From the human T2T-CHM13v2.0 reference genome, Homo sapiens: a stretch of 64,000 bases of DNA. The notes beneath the pieces were generated by a model. The model was not told where the DNA came from. It did not search any database and saw only the letters and a program-made list of their open reading frames with translations. Positions 1 through 13,633 of the stretch are shown here, piece by piece. The stretch is taken from NCBI RefSeq assembly GCF_009914755.1, contig NC_060933.1, one strand, 5' to 3'. Position numbers and translations under genes: made by a program. Positions within the stretch are counted from its first letter, which is position 1, and every line of letters starts with the position of its first letter.

Positions 1-29
1 ACACTAAATAAATGTTATTATAACTAAAC

Positions 30-470
30 ACATTTCTATTATTTATTTAAACAAATTTTGCTAGTGCCCATTAGGACTCAGGACTTTGTTCAGTGCTGGA
101 GATACAGTAATGAATAAGACACAGTTCCTGCCCTCAAATTGCTTGCAATCTTAAGTGGGTAGAAAGATAAGAAAATGGGTAGTTATTGTACAGTGGATGA
201 GTGCTGGGAGAATAGAAGTTGGGGATGTCTTGGAAGCACATGCAGTGGCTTCTAACGTGGTTGGTGGAGCCAGGAAAGACTGGAGGAAATGATTCCAGGT
301 GAGTCCAGATGGCCAAACAGGAAACAAACATTCAAAGTGTTGTGGTGTGGGGTAGGTCAAGGGCATTCCAGGTAAAGGACTAGTCTGTACAAAGGCTATT
401 TGGAGGCTAAAGGGAATATGTGGCCTTTGGGAGAGTGTACATGGTTCAATATGGCTGGAATTTGGCTTTC
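30..470 (-). mobile_element. L2 LINE relic (3' part)
   Basis: Degenerate L2-like motifs (GGAGATACAGTAATGAATAAGACACAGTTCCTGCCCTC; GGGCATTCCAGGTAAAGG) in antisense orientation; boundaries approximate. Confidence 0.65.
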
Positions 471-524
471 TGTGGATGATATGGCCTGAGGTGGGGAGTC
501 AGGGCCTGGAGGGGGTCCTACAGG

Positions 525-675
525 CTAGTGTTTTCAAAAATTTAATGTGCTGTCAAACCATCTGGAAATTTTGGCAGAATGCAGATTCTGATTGAGTCAG
601 TGGTAAGCTCTCAGATTTTGCATGTCTAACAAGCTTCTAAGGGCTGCTGCTACTGAATCACTTTGAATAGCAAGG
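525..675. mobile_element. MER5-type hAT DNA transposon relic
   Basis: AATGCAGATTCTGATT...TTTGCATGTCTAACAAGC...CACTTTGAATAGCAAGG resembles the MER5A/B consensus. Confidence 0.65.
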
Positions 676-1150
676 GAGTCAATATTATGAAGGACTTGAT
701 TGTATTCTGCAAAAAAACGAAGGGTTTGAGTTTCTCTACAGATGAATGCCTCCTCATCCACTAAGATAAAACTTACTGTAGTTTTTATGTTTCTATGTTA
801 GATTGGCTTATTGGAATGTTTCTCAGAGAATGTCGAGGAGACCTTCTGCATCGTAATCACTGGGGGATGCTGATTAAAACAGCAGTCTCTCCTTGTTTAT
901 GGCAGATGACAAGTGCTGACTGGTAAGTTGAAGGGAATGCTGGAGATAGAACAGCGACGTTTTGCAACCATCATAGTAAAGACTGGTTTGGGTCAGACAT
1001 ATCAATAGTTGCTAAATTTAGGGGAATTTTGATTAAGATCAGGACATTTGCTTGAACTTGTATTGTTACTACATTTTAATAAATGGTATATTAGAAGCAA
1101 GGAAAAATATAGTTTCTATACAGTGGAGAGTGTGGACAATACCTTGACAG

Positions 1151-1461
1151 TGTTTTTTGTTTTGTTTTGTTTTGTTATGTTTTGAGACAGAGTCTCGCTC
1201 CTTCACCAGGCTGGGATGCAGTGGCGCCATCTCGGCTCACTACAACCTCCCACCCGGGTTCAAGTGATTCTCCTGCCTCAGCCTCCTGAGTAGCTGGGAC
1301 TACAGGCATGTGTCACCATGCCCAGCTAATTTTTTGTATTTTTAATAGAGATGGGGTTTCACCATGTTGGCCAGGATGGTCTCAATCTCTTGACCTCATT
1401 ATCCACCCACCTCAGCCTCCCAAAGTGCTGGGATTGCAGGTGTGAGCCACCGCACCTGGCC
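1151..1461 (-). mobile_element. Alu, AluSc-like
   Basis: Full dimeric Alu, antisense, with (TTTTG)n tail; Sc-type GGCCAGGATGGTCTCAATCTCTTGACCTC. Confidence 0.95.
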
Positions 1462-1602
1462 AATGGTGTTTATATTTAACATCATCAATGAGGGGCAGAC
1501 AGACCGTGCAGGCCTTGAGACATGATACTTTGAGATGGTCACACATCATATGGTATCACAGCTGGAAATGCATAATCTGGATCTACTCATGAAAAACATC
1601 AG

Positions 1603-2210
1603 TGTATAATAAAGAATTTGACCTTGTACCCTCAGCTTCTGGGAAGTAACCTGTGTTGTATCTGTTGCAGCGTTTTTGTTCAGGATGGAAGCTGGCCACG
1701 CCTGCAGTCTTAAGGTAGGGCTGGCCATACCAGAAAGACCAACCATGTGAATATGGCAAGGGCTTTGGGTCATATGATATTGGTAGACCTAGAGACTGAG
1801 TCCAACCCTGGGGCAATTAATCAATCAATCATGTCTATGTGATGGAGCCCCTAAGAAAACTGAGCACTGAGGCTTGAGTGAGCTTTTCTCACTAACACTT
1901 GTGTGTATTGTCACACACAAATATCTGGAGGGTAATGCATACTAACTCCATGGAGAGGAAAACAGAAACTTCACATTTGGAACCCTCCAAGACTTTGCTC
2001 TATGGCATCTCTTCCTTTGGCTTATTTTAATCTATATTTTTCCCTGTAATAAACTGTAACCATGGGTATAATAGCTTAAAGTGAGTTATTCTAGCAAATT
2101 ATTGAAACTTCAAGGGATTTTGGGAATTCCCTGAATTTGCAGTTGGTATCAGATGGGAGGACAGACTTGGGGACTGTGGCCTCACACTATGTAGTTTTAT
2201 TAGCTTGGCA
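1603..2210 (+). mobile_element. Solo LTR, MER21/MER77-like (ERVL class)
   Basis: TG...CA termini; 5-bp TSD ATCAG (1598-1602, 2211-2215); internal CCAGAAAGACCAACCATGTGA; AATAAA at ~2048. Confidence 0.8.
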
Positions 2211-2282
2211 ATCAGAAAACTCCAAATGAGGAACTGTCTATTTTTAAAAGTGGATGGTATTCTTCAAAAACTGTGAATGTTT

Positions 2283-2727
<445 letters not shown>

Positions 2728-5341
2728 TCAATACAGGATATAAAGTCTATTAATAAAATTGAAAAGTGAATGGTAAATAATTATATCTATGTTAAATGGA
2801 CAAAAATCAGTAACTCTGGTTTGAAGAGAGCACGCCTATTCTTTTTAGCAGCTACACACTGAAGTGCTTAAAGAGCCATGATTTCTCAAATGTTTTAGAA
2901 AAATTATGTACAGAGAGCAAATGATATAGCAGGCGACACAAAATATTATCAGGATATGAATCTGGATAAAGAGTAAATGGGTGTTCTTTGTGCTATTTTG
3001 CAACTTTTCTAGGTTTGAAATTATTTTCAAGTAAGAAGTTACATAAATTACAGGCACTGCACCTAGCACCCAGATCTTGGTTTCTAAAACTATTCTCTAA
3101 TAAAAGAAATCAGCACTCCTTGCAGAAAAGTATTTTAGGAGTGGAATAGAAAAAATATAAAATGAGCATAAGACATCCTGTAGTACCTGAAAGTAAGAAA
3201 GTGCTCAAAACGGAACAAATGAAAACCTGAATTGATTAAGGGTATATTAAAGGGAAACAGGAGCCAACCCAATGGCCAACGTTGGAACAATTTGTGCAAC
3301 AAAATAAAGTGTAGTGGATTTTAACCTAAAGTGTAAAATAAATAGCCAATAATCTATGCTGACATAAAAATGATTGAATAAATAAATAAACGAAGAGAAG
3401 ATGTAAATTTCCCATGTGGAAGAATTCTGAATAATTTATGTAGATTCTCTGCCCTCAAGAAGGGGAAGGCATAACTTTCTACTCCATTCATGTGGGCTGT
3501 ATGCAGTGACTTCCTTCCAAAGAGGACAGTATGGAACTAGATTTAAAAAAATGCCCTTCATTGGAGAAAACTGACAAATACTACCTGAGTCAGTTGATCA
3601 ACATCAATATCAACAGTGATAAACCCTGTTGATACTGTATACACTTTATATGATGTGATGAAAATGATATTTTACCTCTGTGGTTTTCCTGCCCAAAACC
3701 CACGACCACAGTGCAATCATGAGAAAAACATGAGATCAATTCCACTAGAGGGACATCCTATGAAATACTTGACTAATATACCTCAAAACTGTCAAGGTCA
3801 CCAAAAACAAGGAGAATCTGAGGAACTGTCACAGCCAAGAGGAGCCTAAGGAGATATGACAATTACGTGTAATGTGGTATCCTGAATGGGATACTGGAAT
3901 AGAAAAAAACACATAAAATGTATCAATATTTGTTCATAAATTTTAACACATGTACTATTCTGATGTAAGATGTTAAGAATAGGGGAAACTGAGTGAGGAT
4001 ATATATTGAAACTCTCCAAACTATCATCTCAATTTTCCTGTAAATTTAAAACTGTCCTAAAATGTCTATTAAAAAAAATGCAAGTCCTAGATTAAGTCAC
4101 TGGGAATGGGGCCCGGGAAGTGGCATATTTATAGACTCAGGTAATTCGGATCAGTCAATGATTAAAAATCACTGATCTCACACTTAAAGTCATTTGGTTG
4201 CTCTGTTTCTCCCCAGCCAGACATGACTTAGTCAAGTTCTCCTTGTCTCTGAGACCCTGGGCTAATTTGAAGCCTGGCCCAGGAAAGCGCTCCATGTACA
4301 CTGACTGAATAATTAATATTAAAGACCAGTTCTGTATGTGTGACAGCTCAGGTGGAGAGTGACAGTTAAAGCAATATTCTCCTCAGTTCAATTTCAACTA
4401 ATCCTCATGAGTGAGCACTTGCTATCCATCAGGAGTCAACAGATATTTACCTAGGGCAACCCACTGCAATTGTTAATGATTCATTCTTCTCATTGAGCAG
4501 TATTCGAAAGGAAGGAGTTGCCACTACTCAACCTTGGGGACCTGTTCTCTGGGGAATTGGGCAGGGAAACTAGGGAGGAAATGAGCCCTAGCTGTCTGCA
4601 GACATCAACAGTGCATGCTAGGGGAGCTGCTTTCAGTGTCTCCAACTGAGCAGAGCTGGGAATGGAGCCAGGCTATTGCCAGGACCACCTGCCTGCTCAT
4701 TCACAAACACTTATGGGGCACTGGCTTCCTGCTGCCTGGCCTGGCTGAATGCTTGGGCCAGAGAAGCACTGCCATCCTAGGGATCCCCTGCTGAACACTC
4801 GAGAAATGCCAGTATTGCCCCCTTGCTCTGCTGGCTTCCCCATGGTCTTGTCTTTCTTTTGGTCATTTTCTTCCTAGTTGGCTGCCCTTTCCTGGCATTG
4901 ACCTTTGGCTCTAGCTACAGGTCCTATTTCTTTTTTTTTTTAATTCTGGGGTAACATCTTTGTGATTGAAACTTTGCTAAAGACACTCTTTGGCTCTGCT
5001 CTGGGACCTCCATCATGTTCTGCCTGTGTAGGGACCAGTCCTGAAGAGTATGTGGACTATCAAGGCAAATTTAAGAGCAGTGTTGGAAAAGGGCTCCTAG
5101 AAAAGAAACAGGAATAGCAGCTTGCTCACTCTCTGCCAGGGTACTTTGCTAGTGTCACCCCAGGTACCCTTAAAAACAGCCCAGTGAACAAGTGTACCAA
5201 TTTTCCAGAAGAAGAATTGAGGCTCAGTAAGATTCAGTCGCCTGTATCTAGTGAGTGACAGAGATGGTCTTTGAATGCAAGCAGTCTCACATCATTGTAT
5301 AAGCTAGGTTGGTTAACAGAGACTAAGTAACAGTGGCTTAA

Positions 5342-5623
<282 letters not shown>

Positions 5624-5680
5624 TGTTTCTTTATTTCATAAAAGTCCAAGCTAGGATGAAGGGATGGAGAGTTGGGTTGG

Positions 5681-6145
5681 TGTAACAGACACACCTGTAC
5701 CCCACCTAAATCACCCCAACATTCACCATTTCTATGCACCCAGGCCTACTTCCACCTTCTAGCACCTGTGCCTGCCTGAGGGCTCTCCCTGACACCAGAG
5801 CACTCTGCCTCGTGGTGCAGCAGGCTTACGGTGCCAGGGAATAAATGGCCCCTTCCTCCAATATCCCTCAATCAACTTTTGCAGGTGTTGGTATATATAA
5901 GTACCCCAGCTTCCCCTTACCCCCAGGGCAGGACAGCTTAGAGTCACATTCAACACATTCCTCCAGTTTTCCCATTTTGGTTGAGATCCAGCTGCCCATA
6001 GTGGTAGCTGGCTTGGTAATGTATCATTGGTTTTCTTATCTTCTCTGTTTCACTTCCCCACTCCCCTCCTGCTGTTTCCTGGAATCACCTCTGAAATAAA
6101 TGCATTGGAATCCTTATCTCCAGAGAAGCCCAAACCAAACAAACA
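5681..6145 (+). mobile_element. LTR16-family (ERVL) solo LTR
   Basis: TGTAACAGAC start; TACCCCAGCTTCCC and TTCCTGGAATCACCTCTGAAATAAA 3' motifs. Confidence 0.7.
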
Positions 6146-7284
6146 GTGTTATACTCCACAAACCCTTAGGACCCAAGCTCCTGAATGTTGTCCTCATCAT
6201 CCTGGGTCAAAGCTGGCTTATTATCAACATGTACATTTTCTCACCCTTGAGAAAGAATAGAAAGTGGAAAGCAAGCTTCCTTTTAATGAAAACAAAACAA
6301 AACAAAACAAAAACCCAGAAATAGCACACATTACTATCCCTGCATCCCATTGTCCCGTACCGAGTCACATGGTCATATCCAGCTGCAAGGGAGCCCTTGT
6401 ACTCGGCTAATACTCAAGAATTTCATTACTAAAAGGAAGAAGTGAAGGATGGATTAGTATTAGCTATAGCCAAAATACTAAATTACCTTGTTAAGAAGCT
6501 GTGGGGGAGTGGGGGTTGGGTGAAATTGATGTGACTAGGGAGGTAGCCTGTGTCAGAATATAAAGGGGGCCTTTTGCAGATTAAGGGATTCTGGCTTTCA
6601 TTGGAGATGAGAAGGAGGGGTCATTGTAACTTTTTCATCAGGCATGCAACTTGATGGAATTATTTTATTTAAGCAGAACCCAACCCTCTATTGACAGTTA
6701 AGTGTTGGGCTGATGAGGTAAGACTAGAGATGGGGTCAGCAGGTGGCTGACCTTTGCAGGGATCCAGGCCTGACCTGGGCATTGGCAGTGGAGATGGAGA
6801 TGAGGTGACTAATTCAAGACTTGTTTAATCAGTACTGAGATGAAAGTTGAAGACAGCATTAAGGATGATGCTTTAATTTGAAGCTGGACTCCTGGGATCT
6901 AGATCTATACATTTAGAGGTTGAGACACTGTGGAACTCTTCCAGCTCTGTCTAGAGGCAGAATCTCTGCATGAGAGAAAGTAGTTTTTCTATGTCAGAAT
7001 TTTTACTTGCCAACAGACTGGCCTTAGGTAAGTCACTCCAAGCGACAGTTTCTCTGCTTATAAAACAAACTCTTCTTATCTTTTGTGGGCATTGTTACAG
7101 TGAATAAATAGGGTAAGAACCTTTGAGGGTAGTTTAAATAGACAGTTTTATAATAAGGAAAACTGAGGACAGACTTGGAAATTGAGAGGGTAGAAATCCA
7201 AAAATTGAGCACAGCACACAAGGACATTTTAGAGGGAGCTTTCAAAAAGACTTTTATTGTATTTAGTATGTATTGGAAAAACTC

Positions 7285-7490
7285 AGACTTTGGTATCTAG
7301 TGAGAGCTCCAGAGTTGTCTCTCTCACTCTCTTAGCTGTGTGACCTCAGGCAAGTTACTCAACCTCTCTGAGCCATAGGCACCTCTTCAGTAAAGCACAT
7401 ATAGGTACTCCCCCTTTTTGTGTTGTGATCGTCATGTGAGAGTTGGCAAAGTGCCTGGCACAGAGCCTGGTGCACAATGGTGCTTAACAC
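7285..7490 (+). mobile_element. MIR
   Basis: MIR core TAGCTGTGTGACCTCAGGCAAGTTACTCAACCTCTCTGAGCC. Confidence 0.8.
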
Positions 7491-8410
7491 ATGTGAATTC
7501 TCTCTTCCCTTTGCCTTTAAGAGAAATCAAAAGATCCAGTTGACCATGTTAGTTTAGTCAAGCAATGGTTAATTCAGAGAGGAAAACTCACTCATCTGAT
7601 ATTTGGAATTTGGTCAAGGCAACTTGGTTGTTTGACCCAAATCTTCTTTTTCTACCAGTTGCGTTGGCATGGTTTTGGCACAGCCTTTGTGAGAGCTACT
7701 TGCTGGAACACTGAGAGAAGGTGGCTCTGTGGAAATACAAGGCAGAATGAATATAGTGATTTTAGAAATGTAAGAGTGACATGAAATCCATTAAATAACA
7801 TTTTCCCCCCTCCCACTTCAGGGTAACAACTCCAGAATTGAGAGGAATGGCTCCAACAGAAGGAGAGGGAGCCATAGTTTGCGGTCCATATGCCCACTTC
7901 ATTTTGCAGTTACTCCTGGCTGCCCATCTGTTCATGACTGCCTAGTCTAGCCATGGGGCTTATAAAACGGTGTCCACATACACGGATGCCTTCACTAAAC
8001 AGATGCGAGAACGAGGAATGTCCATGTCTCACACCAAGCACATTCAGCATCCCTTTGTGCCTCTTTCTGCTCTGTTTACTTCGCCTTTCAATTTCACTTA
8101 AATATATTTCCAAATTATTGTTGTATTTACAAGATGGAAAAATGAAGGGGTTCTAAAATCTGCTGGATTCCTATGCTGTGCTAGGTACTCACTGGGGGCT
8201 CTATGTCTAATATTAATATCTCATAAAATCATCGCCACAGGGTAGCCATGAGTTTCACCATTTTACTGATGAAGAAACTTAAGCTCAGAGAAATGAAGTC
8301 ACTTGTCCAAATTAATACACTAGGAAATGGAGGCACTGGGATTGAACGGTAGTCTAATTGCAGACGTTTTACTCTGGGACTGATGATGAACAATGATTAG
8401 AATACCCTAG

Positions 8411-8453
8411 CATACACACACACTCACACATGCGCGCGCGCACACAAACACAC
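8411..8453. repeat. (CA)n/(CG)n alternating purine-pyrimidine tract
   Basis: CATACACACACACTCACACATGCGCGCGCGCACACAAACACAC. Confidence 0.85.
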
Positions 8454-8560
8454 CCCTCAAGAAACCAACCAACTGACCTTTTTCAGCTTTCTGTCTCCCT
8501 TAACAGAGGACCTCTGTTTTGAGAGTTTGAGCTGAAATGACTTCTTTGATGCTAAAGGAT

Positions 8561-8580
8561 GAGCTCCCTCTAGTGGCAGT
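8561..8580 (-). promoter_or_regulatory. Candidate CTCF binding site
   Basis: Minus strand ACTGCCACTAGAGGGAGCTC; core CCACTAGAGGGAGC has one mismatch to CCASYAGRKGGCRS. Confidence 0.6.
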
Positions 8581-8953
8581 GTGTGGTTTGGCGCAACCTC
8601 CATTGCCTGGGGACACAGGTAAATACAGAAAGACATTTTCTTTCATGCGGCACTATTTTGTCTAATGATACATTATTGAGACTCTCTTAATACAATGCAA
8701 AAATGGAATCCAAATCTAGGTTTACCTCCAGTTGGAGGAATTGCATTTTCACTGAGCTCTGTGATTTCTCAAGAGTTCTCACATCTCTGTCTCAAGGTCT
8801 TCACAGCATCCCTGGGAGATGCTTGTCTTTTCCTTATAGTTGGGAGAGATAGGAATCAGAGAGGTTAGGTGGCTTTTCCAAGGTTGCACAGCTGGTCAGG
8901 AAAGGAAACATAATTCTAATCGGGTGTATCTACTTTCAGACCTTGTGCTCTTT

Positions 8954-9658
8954 TTTTTTTTTCTTAAATTATACTTTATGTTCTAGGGTACGTGTGCACA
9001 ACGTGCAGGTTTGTTACATAGGTATACATGTGCCATTGGTTGGTTGGCACAACCAACCTACTGCCACCTTGGAGGTTTCACCTTTCTCTTCTTTCCCTAA
9101 AAATAGCAGCTCCTGTCGTACCTGTGCCACCTTCTCCATCTGGAGAATACAAACCACATACATGTTGGTTTGCTGCACCCATCAATTCGTCATTTACATT
9201 AGGTATTTCTCCTAATGCTATCCCTCCCCCAGCCCCCCATTCCCCAACAGGCCCCAGTGCGTGATGTTCCCTGCCCTGTGTCCATGTGTTCTCGCTGTTC
9301 AACTCCCACCTATGAGTGAGAACATGCGGCGTTTGGTTTTCTGTCCTTGTGATAGTTTGCTTAGAATGATGGTTTCCAGCTTCACCCATGTCCCTGCAAA
9401 GGACACGAACTCATCCTTTTTTATGGCTGCATAGTATTCCATGGTGTATATGTGCCACATTTTCTTAATCCAGTCTATCATTGATGGACATGTAGGTTGG
9501 TTCCAAGTCTTTGCTATTGTGAATAGTGCTGCAATAAACATACATGTGCATGTGTCCTCATCATGGAATGATTTATAATCCTTTGGGTATGTACACAGTA
9601 ATAGGATCACTGGGCCAAATGGTATTTCTAGTTCTAGATCCTTGAGGAATTGCCATAC
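8954..9658 (-). mobile_element. 5'-truncated L1PA (about L1PA5-7) 3' end carrying a foreign insertion
   Basis: Poly-T tail; L1 3' UTR; ORF2 C-terminal remnant (MFIAALFTIAKTWNQPTCPS...MWHIYTMEYYAAIKK); 18-bp TSD TCAGAC(C/T)TTGTGCTCTTT (8936-8953, 9659-9676). Confidence 0.95.
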
Positions 9659-9859
9659 TCAGACTTTGTGCTCTTTCAACGATATCATGGAATCTTTCTA
9701 TTCCCCATCTTGATATATGTCACAGGGAGTTATCCATCAGGTGAAGGACAGGTAATCATGGTGATGATGTGGGGATTAAATGAGACAGATTAAATTATGA
9801 CACATAGTTATAATTTCCTACCATTTATTCCTCTTTCCTCTGGTCCATCCTCTTACCGC

Positions 9860-10269
9860 CTCAGACAGATTAAGTAAAAACCACAAATTCCATCAGATCC
9901 TTGCTTGAAAACCCCCGTGTCTCCCAATGACTCTCAGGATAAAATGGAAACTCTTAGGCTTGGCATACAAAATCTTTCATGATCTGAACCCTCCTTACCT
10001 CTCCAGGCTTATGCACCTTAACCTACTGCCACCTTGGGAGAGTTCACCTTTCTCTTCTTTCCCTAAAAATAGCAGCTCCTGTCGCCCCTGTGCCACCTTC
10101 TCCATCTGGAGCAATTCTACTAACCTTCCCTTTCCAGGTGAGACGGCACCTCTCTCTGAAGAATTTTGAAACCCCACAGATCATGCTCTATTTCCTCTTT
10201 GGTAATTCTGACACTTGATGCTCACCCCACATGGTTCTTAGTTTATGAGCCGTCATTTTACTTTAAGCA

Positions 10270-10321
<52 letters not shown>

Positions 10322-10435
10322 AACCAGTCTAGCCATCGGGCTAGTTGTTCCTGGCTTAGTTCATCTCTGGGTCTCCAATGCCTACCACAGTTCCTGGCAC
10401 ACAAGGAGTTCACTAAATGTTTGCTGAATGGCTTC
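9860..10435 (+). mobile_element. L2 relic
   Basis: CTCAGGATAAAATGGAAACTCTTAGGCTTGGCATACAA and 3' end CCTGGCACACAAGGAGTTCACTAAATGTTTGCTGAATG. Confidence 0.65.
10274..10320. repeat. (CT)n microsatellite
   Basis: About 20 CT units. Confidence 0.95.
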
Positions 10436-12000
10436 AGGAAAGCTACAAAGGAACACCTCTGGGCATCGTGGACAGATTCAAAGCCAACTTGATGTGTTAA
10501 ATGGGGTTTAGGGCTACTTGATTATTTGTAATGCAACTCCATTATAAGTCTGTATATAAACGCCATTGACCATGGTTTTAAAATAAATGTAAAAAAAAGT
10601 ATCTTAAGAAAAAAATGGTTGAAATTAAGAGCCATTTGGTTAACCTTGGGGCTTTTCTTCATGGTGCTTTCAGAAACTCCTGAGCATCAGAAGAGAAGGA
10701 AGTTTGTGGCTTCTTGAATGACTCAGGCTTTAGAAGGTCTGGGTTGTTTTGCAGCACAGATACGGATTAGTTGACCACAGCAAGATGGGTGCTTGAGGAG
10801 AGAGCTCTCAATGGCCCTTCTCTGTGGACTACCCTGGACCATCTCACTTGTGCCTCTAGGAATCCATGAAGAGCTGACCCAGCTGGTCCCTAGTTGACCT
10901 TTCTTGAGTTAAATTTTGAATTATTTTAATCATCATCTAGAAAATCTCCTGACTAGTGTCTTTGATTCCCTGAAGCTCTACTATAGCATCCCCGACCAAT
11001 GAGCTTTTAGCACTTGCTCAAACGTAATGGGCTCACTCCTCTGGAAATAGCCCATCAGTTGTTATGGCAAAGACTTTCCTTAAATATTGATCTAAACTTG
11101 CCCTGTTCAACATCCCACCTACCAGTTAGGTGTGGGAGGCATAAAACCTTCTTTTCTTTCCTACTAAAAATATTTTCCTCATTGCCAACTTTTGAACCCC
11201 TTTTGCTCATAGACATAGTTAATAGCTTCCCCTGAGCAATATCTGAGCAGGCTTGGAGGTCTGACTGCCTGGTGGGCAGCATGCAGCTGTCATGGTAAGT
11301 GTGAAATGAGATATATCCAGCCACACACCAACATGAAAGCATCCGTAGCTTCCTCTGTTGAGAGATGGCCAAGACTGGAAAAAAGTATTTATTACGAATG
11401 ATGATAACAGGAGTTAAAAACCGCCATGTTCCCTCAATCACAAAAATCAATGATTTTATTTTCTGTGTATGCTGCCAATTGTCCATCCATATGCAGAGCT
11501 CACATTTACAGTTACACTGATAAGCTGGGTATTTCCTGTGTTTTTCTCTGCTTAAAGTATCTTCTGTTTCATGTCATAGAAAAGCCACCTTATTATTTTA
11601 ATGGCTATAGAACAGTTATTTGAGTGGAGGCACCATGATTTACTCCACCACTCCCTCATGTTGGACAGGCAGGTTGTTTCCAGGTTTTTGGCTATTGTGG
11701 ATACAGTATGACTCAGTGCTACCCCTTCCTGTTCCCAGCTTCCTGCCAGGGACCCTGGCCTGGCCCTCAGTCTGTCGTGTCTGAGGATAATAATCTATTG
11801 GGCTTTGATGTAATCCCATGGGTCTGAAGGAGTCCGGCTACCCTTGGCTTGTGACTTACAGAGCTTTAGGAAGCCTTGGCTCCTCCATGGCCAGACAATC
11901 CCCACCATGTGGCTTTACCTTATACCTGGGCTTTTTCTCTGGTTTCCAATTCCCTCGCTGGGGGCCTGGCCCAGCCCCCTGTGATCAGACCACATTCTTC

Positions 12001-12421
12001 TGTGGTAGATGCTACAGTGGCCACCTAGATCCCTCCTCATAAATGAAGGACATGGTTCCCCAGCTGCTGGTGATTTTGCCTATTGGTAGCTCTACAGGGA
12101 TTGCCTTTGTGGAAGACAGCCACCTCACCCAGGCCACGTGCCCCTTTCTGGGTCACCACCATGACTGGTGGGAGGATATAAGGGACTAAACCTGGCTCTC
12201 CAACCTGGAACAACTCTGAATGGCCATAGTAGTTTCAGAGTCTACTGTAAGCTTGGCTGAGGCCTCCATCAAGGCTGCGGCCGAACTTCTCCCTCTGCCC
12301 AATCCTGCTTTCTTCCTTCCCCTCTCTTCCGTAGGCATTGATCCAGCGAACACACTCAAGCGAACCTCCTGCACTCTAATCACCATCTCAGAGTGCTTCC
12401 TGGGAAATGCAACCTGTGACC
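12001..12421 (+). mobile_element. LTR16-family (LTR16C-like) solo LTR
   Basis: TGTGGTAGATGCT start; CTCAGAGTGCTTCCTGGGAAATGCAACCTGTGAC end; degenerate TSD TCTTC/CCTTC. Confidence 0.75.
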
Positions 12422-13327
12422 CCTTCCTGGTCCTTGCTCCCTGGGCTCTACTCTCCCCCACAGCAGCTAGCTGTCGCCTAGGAGGCTCATATGGGAGGGA
12501 TGTCCTCTTCCCTGGGCCACTGCCTGGGAGGCTGATGCAAGTGGGATGTCCCCCTTTCCTGGGCCACCACTCATGCAGCTCCTCTGAGCTGCAACATTGC
12601 ACTCAACTACAGTCAGAGCCTTACTGACCCCTGGCTAAGTCAGTTTCCAGCTCTTCCTCTGAGATTGTTTTCAATTCTTATCTCTTCCTTAAACCTCCAT
12701 AATCAAAGAGTTACTGACTTCTGGTGACTGGGTAATGAGACTATCCAGAAGAGCATATTCCTTCCTTCTCTCCCAGCTATCTCTTCCTCTCCTCCCCACT
12801 ATCACTACTTAGTGGGCTTCCATTGTCCATCTCTGCTTAGACTGTGGCCATGTTCTGTTAACTGGCCTCCCTGTCTGCTCTTGTCTCTCTGCTGTCCTCC
12901 TCTATGCTGCAGCCAAAGAAACCATTCCAAGGCTCACATTTGCTCATGTCATTCCCTTGCTGATCACACTACAATGACTCCTTGTGATTTATACGAAGAC
13001 AAAGCCTAGACTCAGCAGAACACAGAAAGCCCTCTACAGTCTGAGCCCAACTGCCTCTGTGTCTCCTGTAACCCTGGACTTTCCTCTGGTTTCCTGAATA
13101 CTGAAAACTCTTGCAAGCTTCCAGGAGTTTGCTGAGGTTGTTCCCACTGCCTGGAATGCTGTTCTCAACTTTCTTCACCTCGTTAACTTGCTTATTCTTC
13201 CAGATTCAGCTCGATTGTCAGCCTTTCTAGGAATCTTTTTTCTAAACCTCCAAGGGAGGGCTAACAGCCCCACCTTAGTTAGTCTCATGACCCCCCATGC
13301 TTACTACTCACCTTTAGTGTGGTTGTG

Positions 13328-13633
13328 TTTTTTTGCTTTTTTATGAGACAGGGTCTCACTCTGTCATCCAGGCTAGAATGTGATGATGCATTCATAGCTC
13401 ATTGCAGCCTAGACCTCCCGGACTCAAGCCACCTTCCTACCTAAGCCTCCCAACTAGCTGGAACTACTACAGAGGCATGCCATGATGCCCGGCAAATTTT
13501 TAATTTTTTTTTGCAGAGACAGGGTATCACTATGTTGCTCAGTCTGAGGTCTCAAATTCCTGGTTTCAAGTGATCTTCCCACCTTAGCCTCCCAAAGTGC
13601 TGGGATTACAGGCATAAGTCACCATGCCCAGCC
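13328..13633 (-). mobile_element. AluJ inserted in an L2 relic
   Basis: J-type CATAGCTCATTGCAGCC and GAGACAGGGTCTCAC; TSD-like T(C/T)ACCTTTAGT on both sides. Confidence 0.9.

Noticed and set aside
12186-12627. Overlapping 135-aa and 138-aa ORFs on opposite strands
   Set aside because: They largely overlap an LTR16 relic and have no recognisable protein motif.
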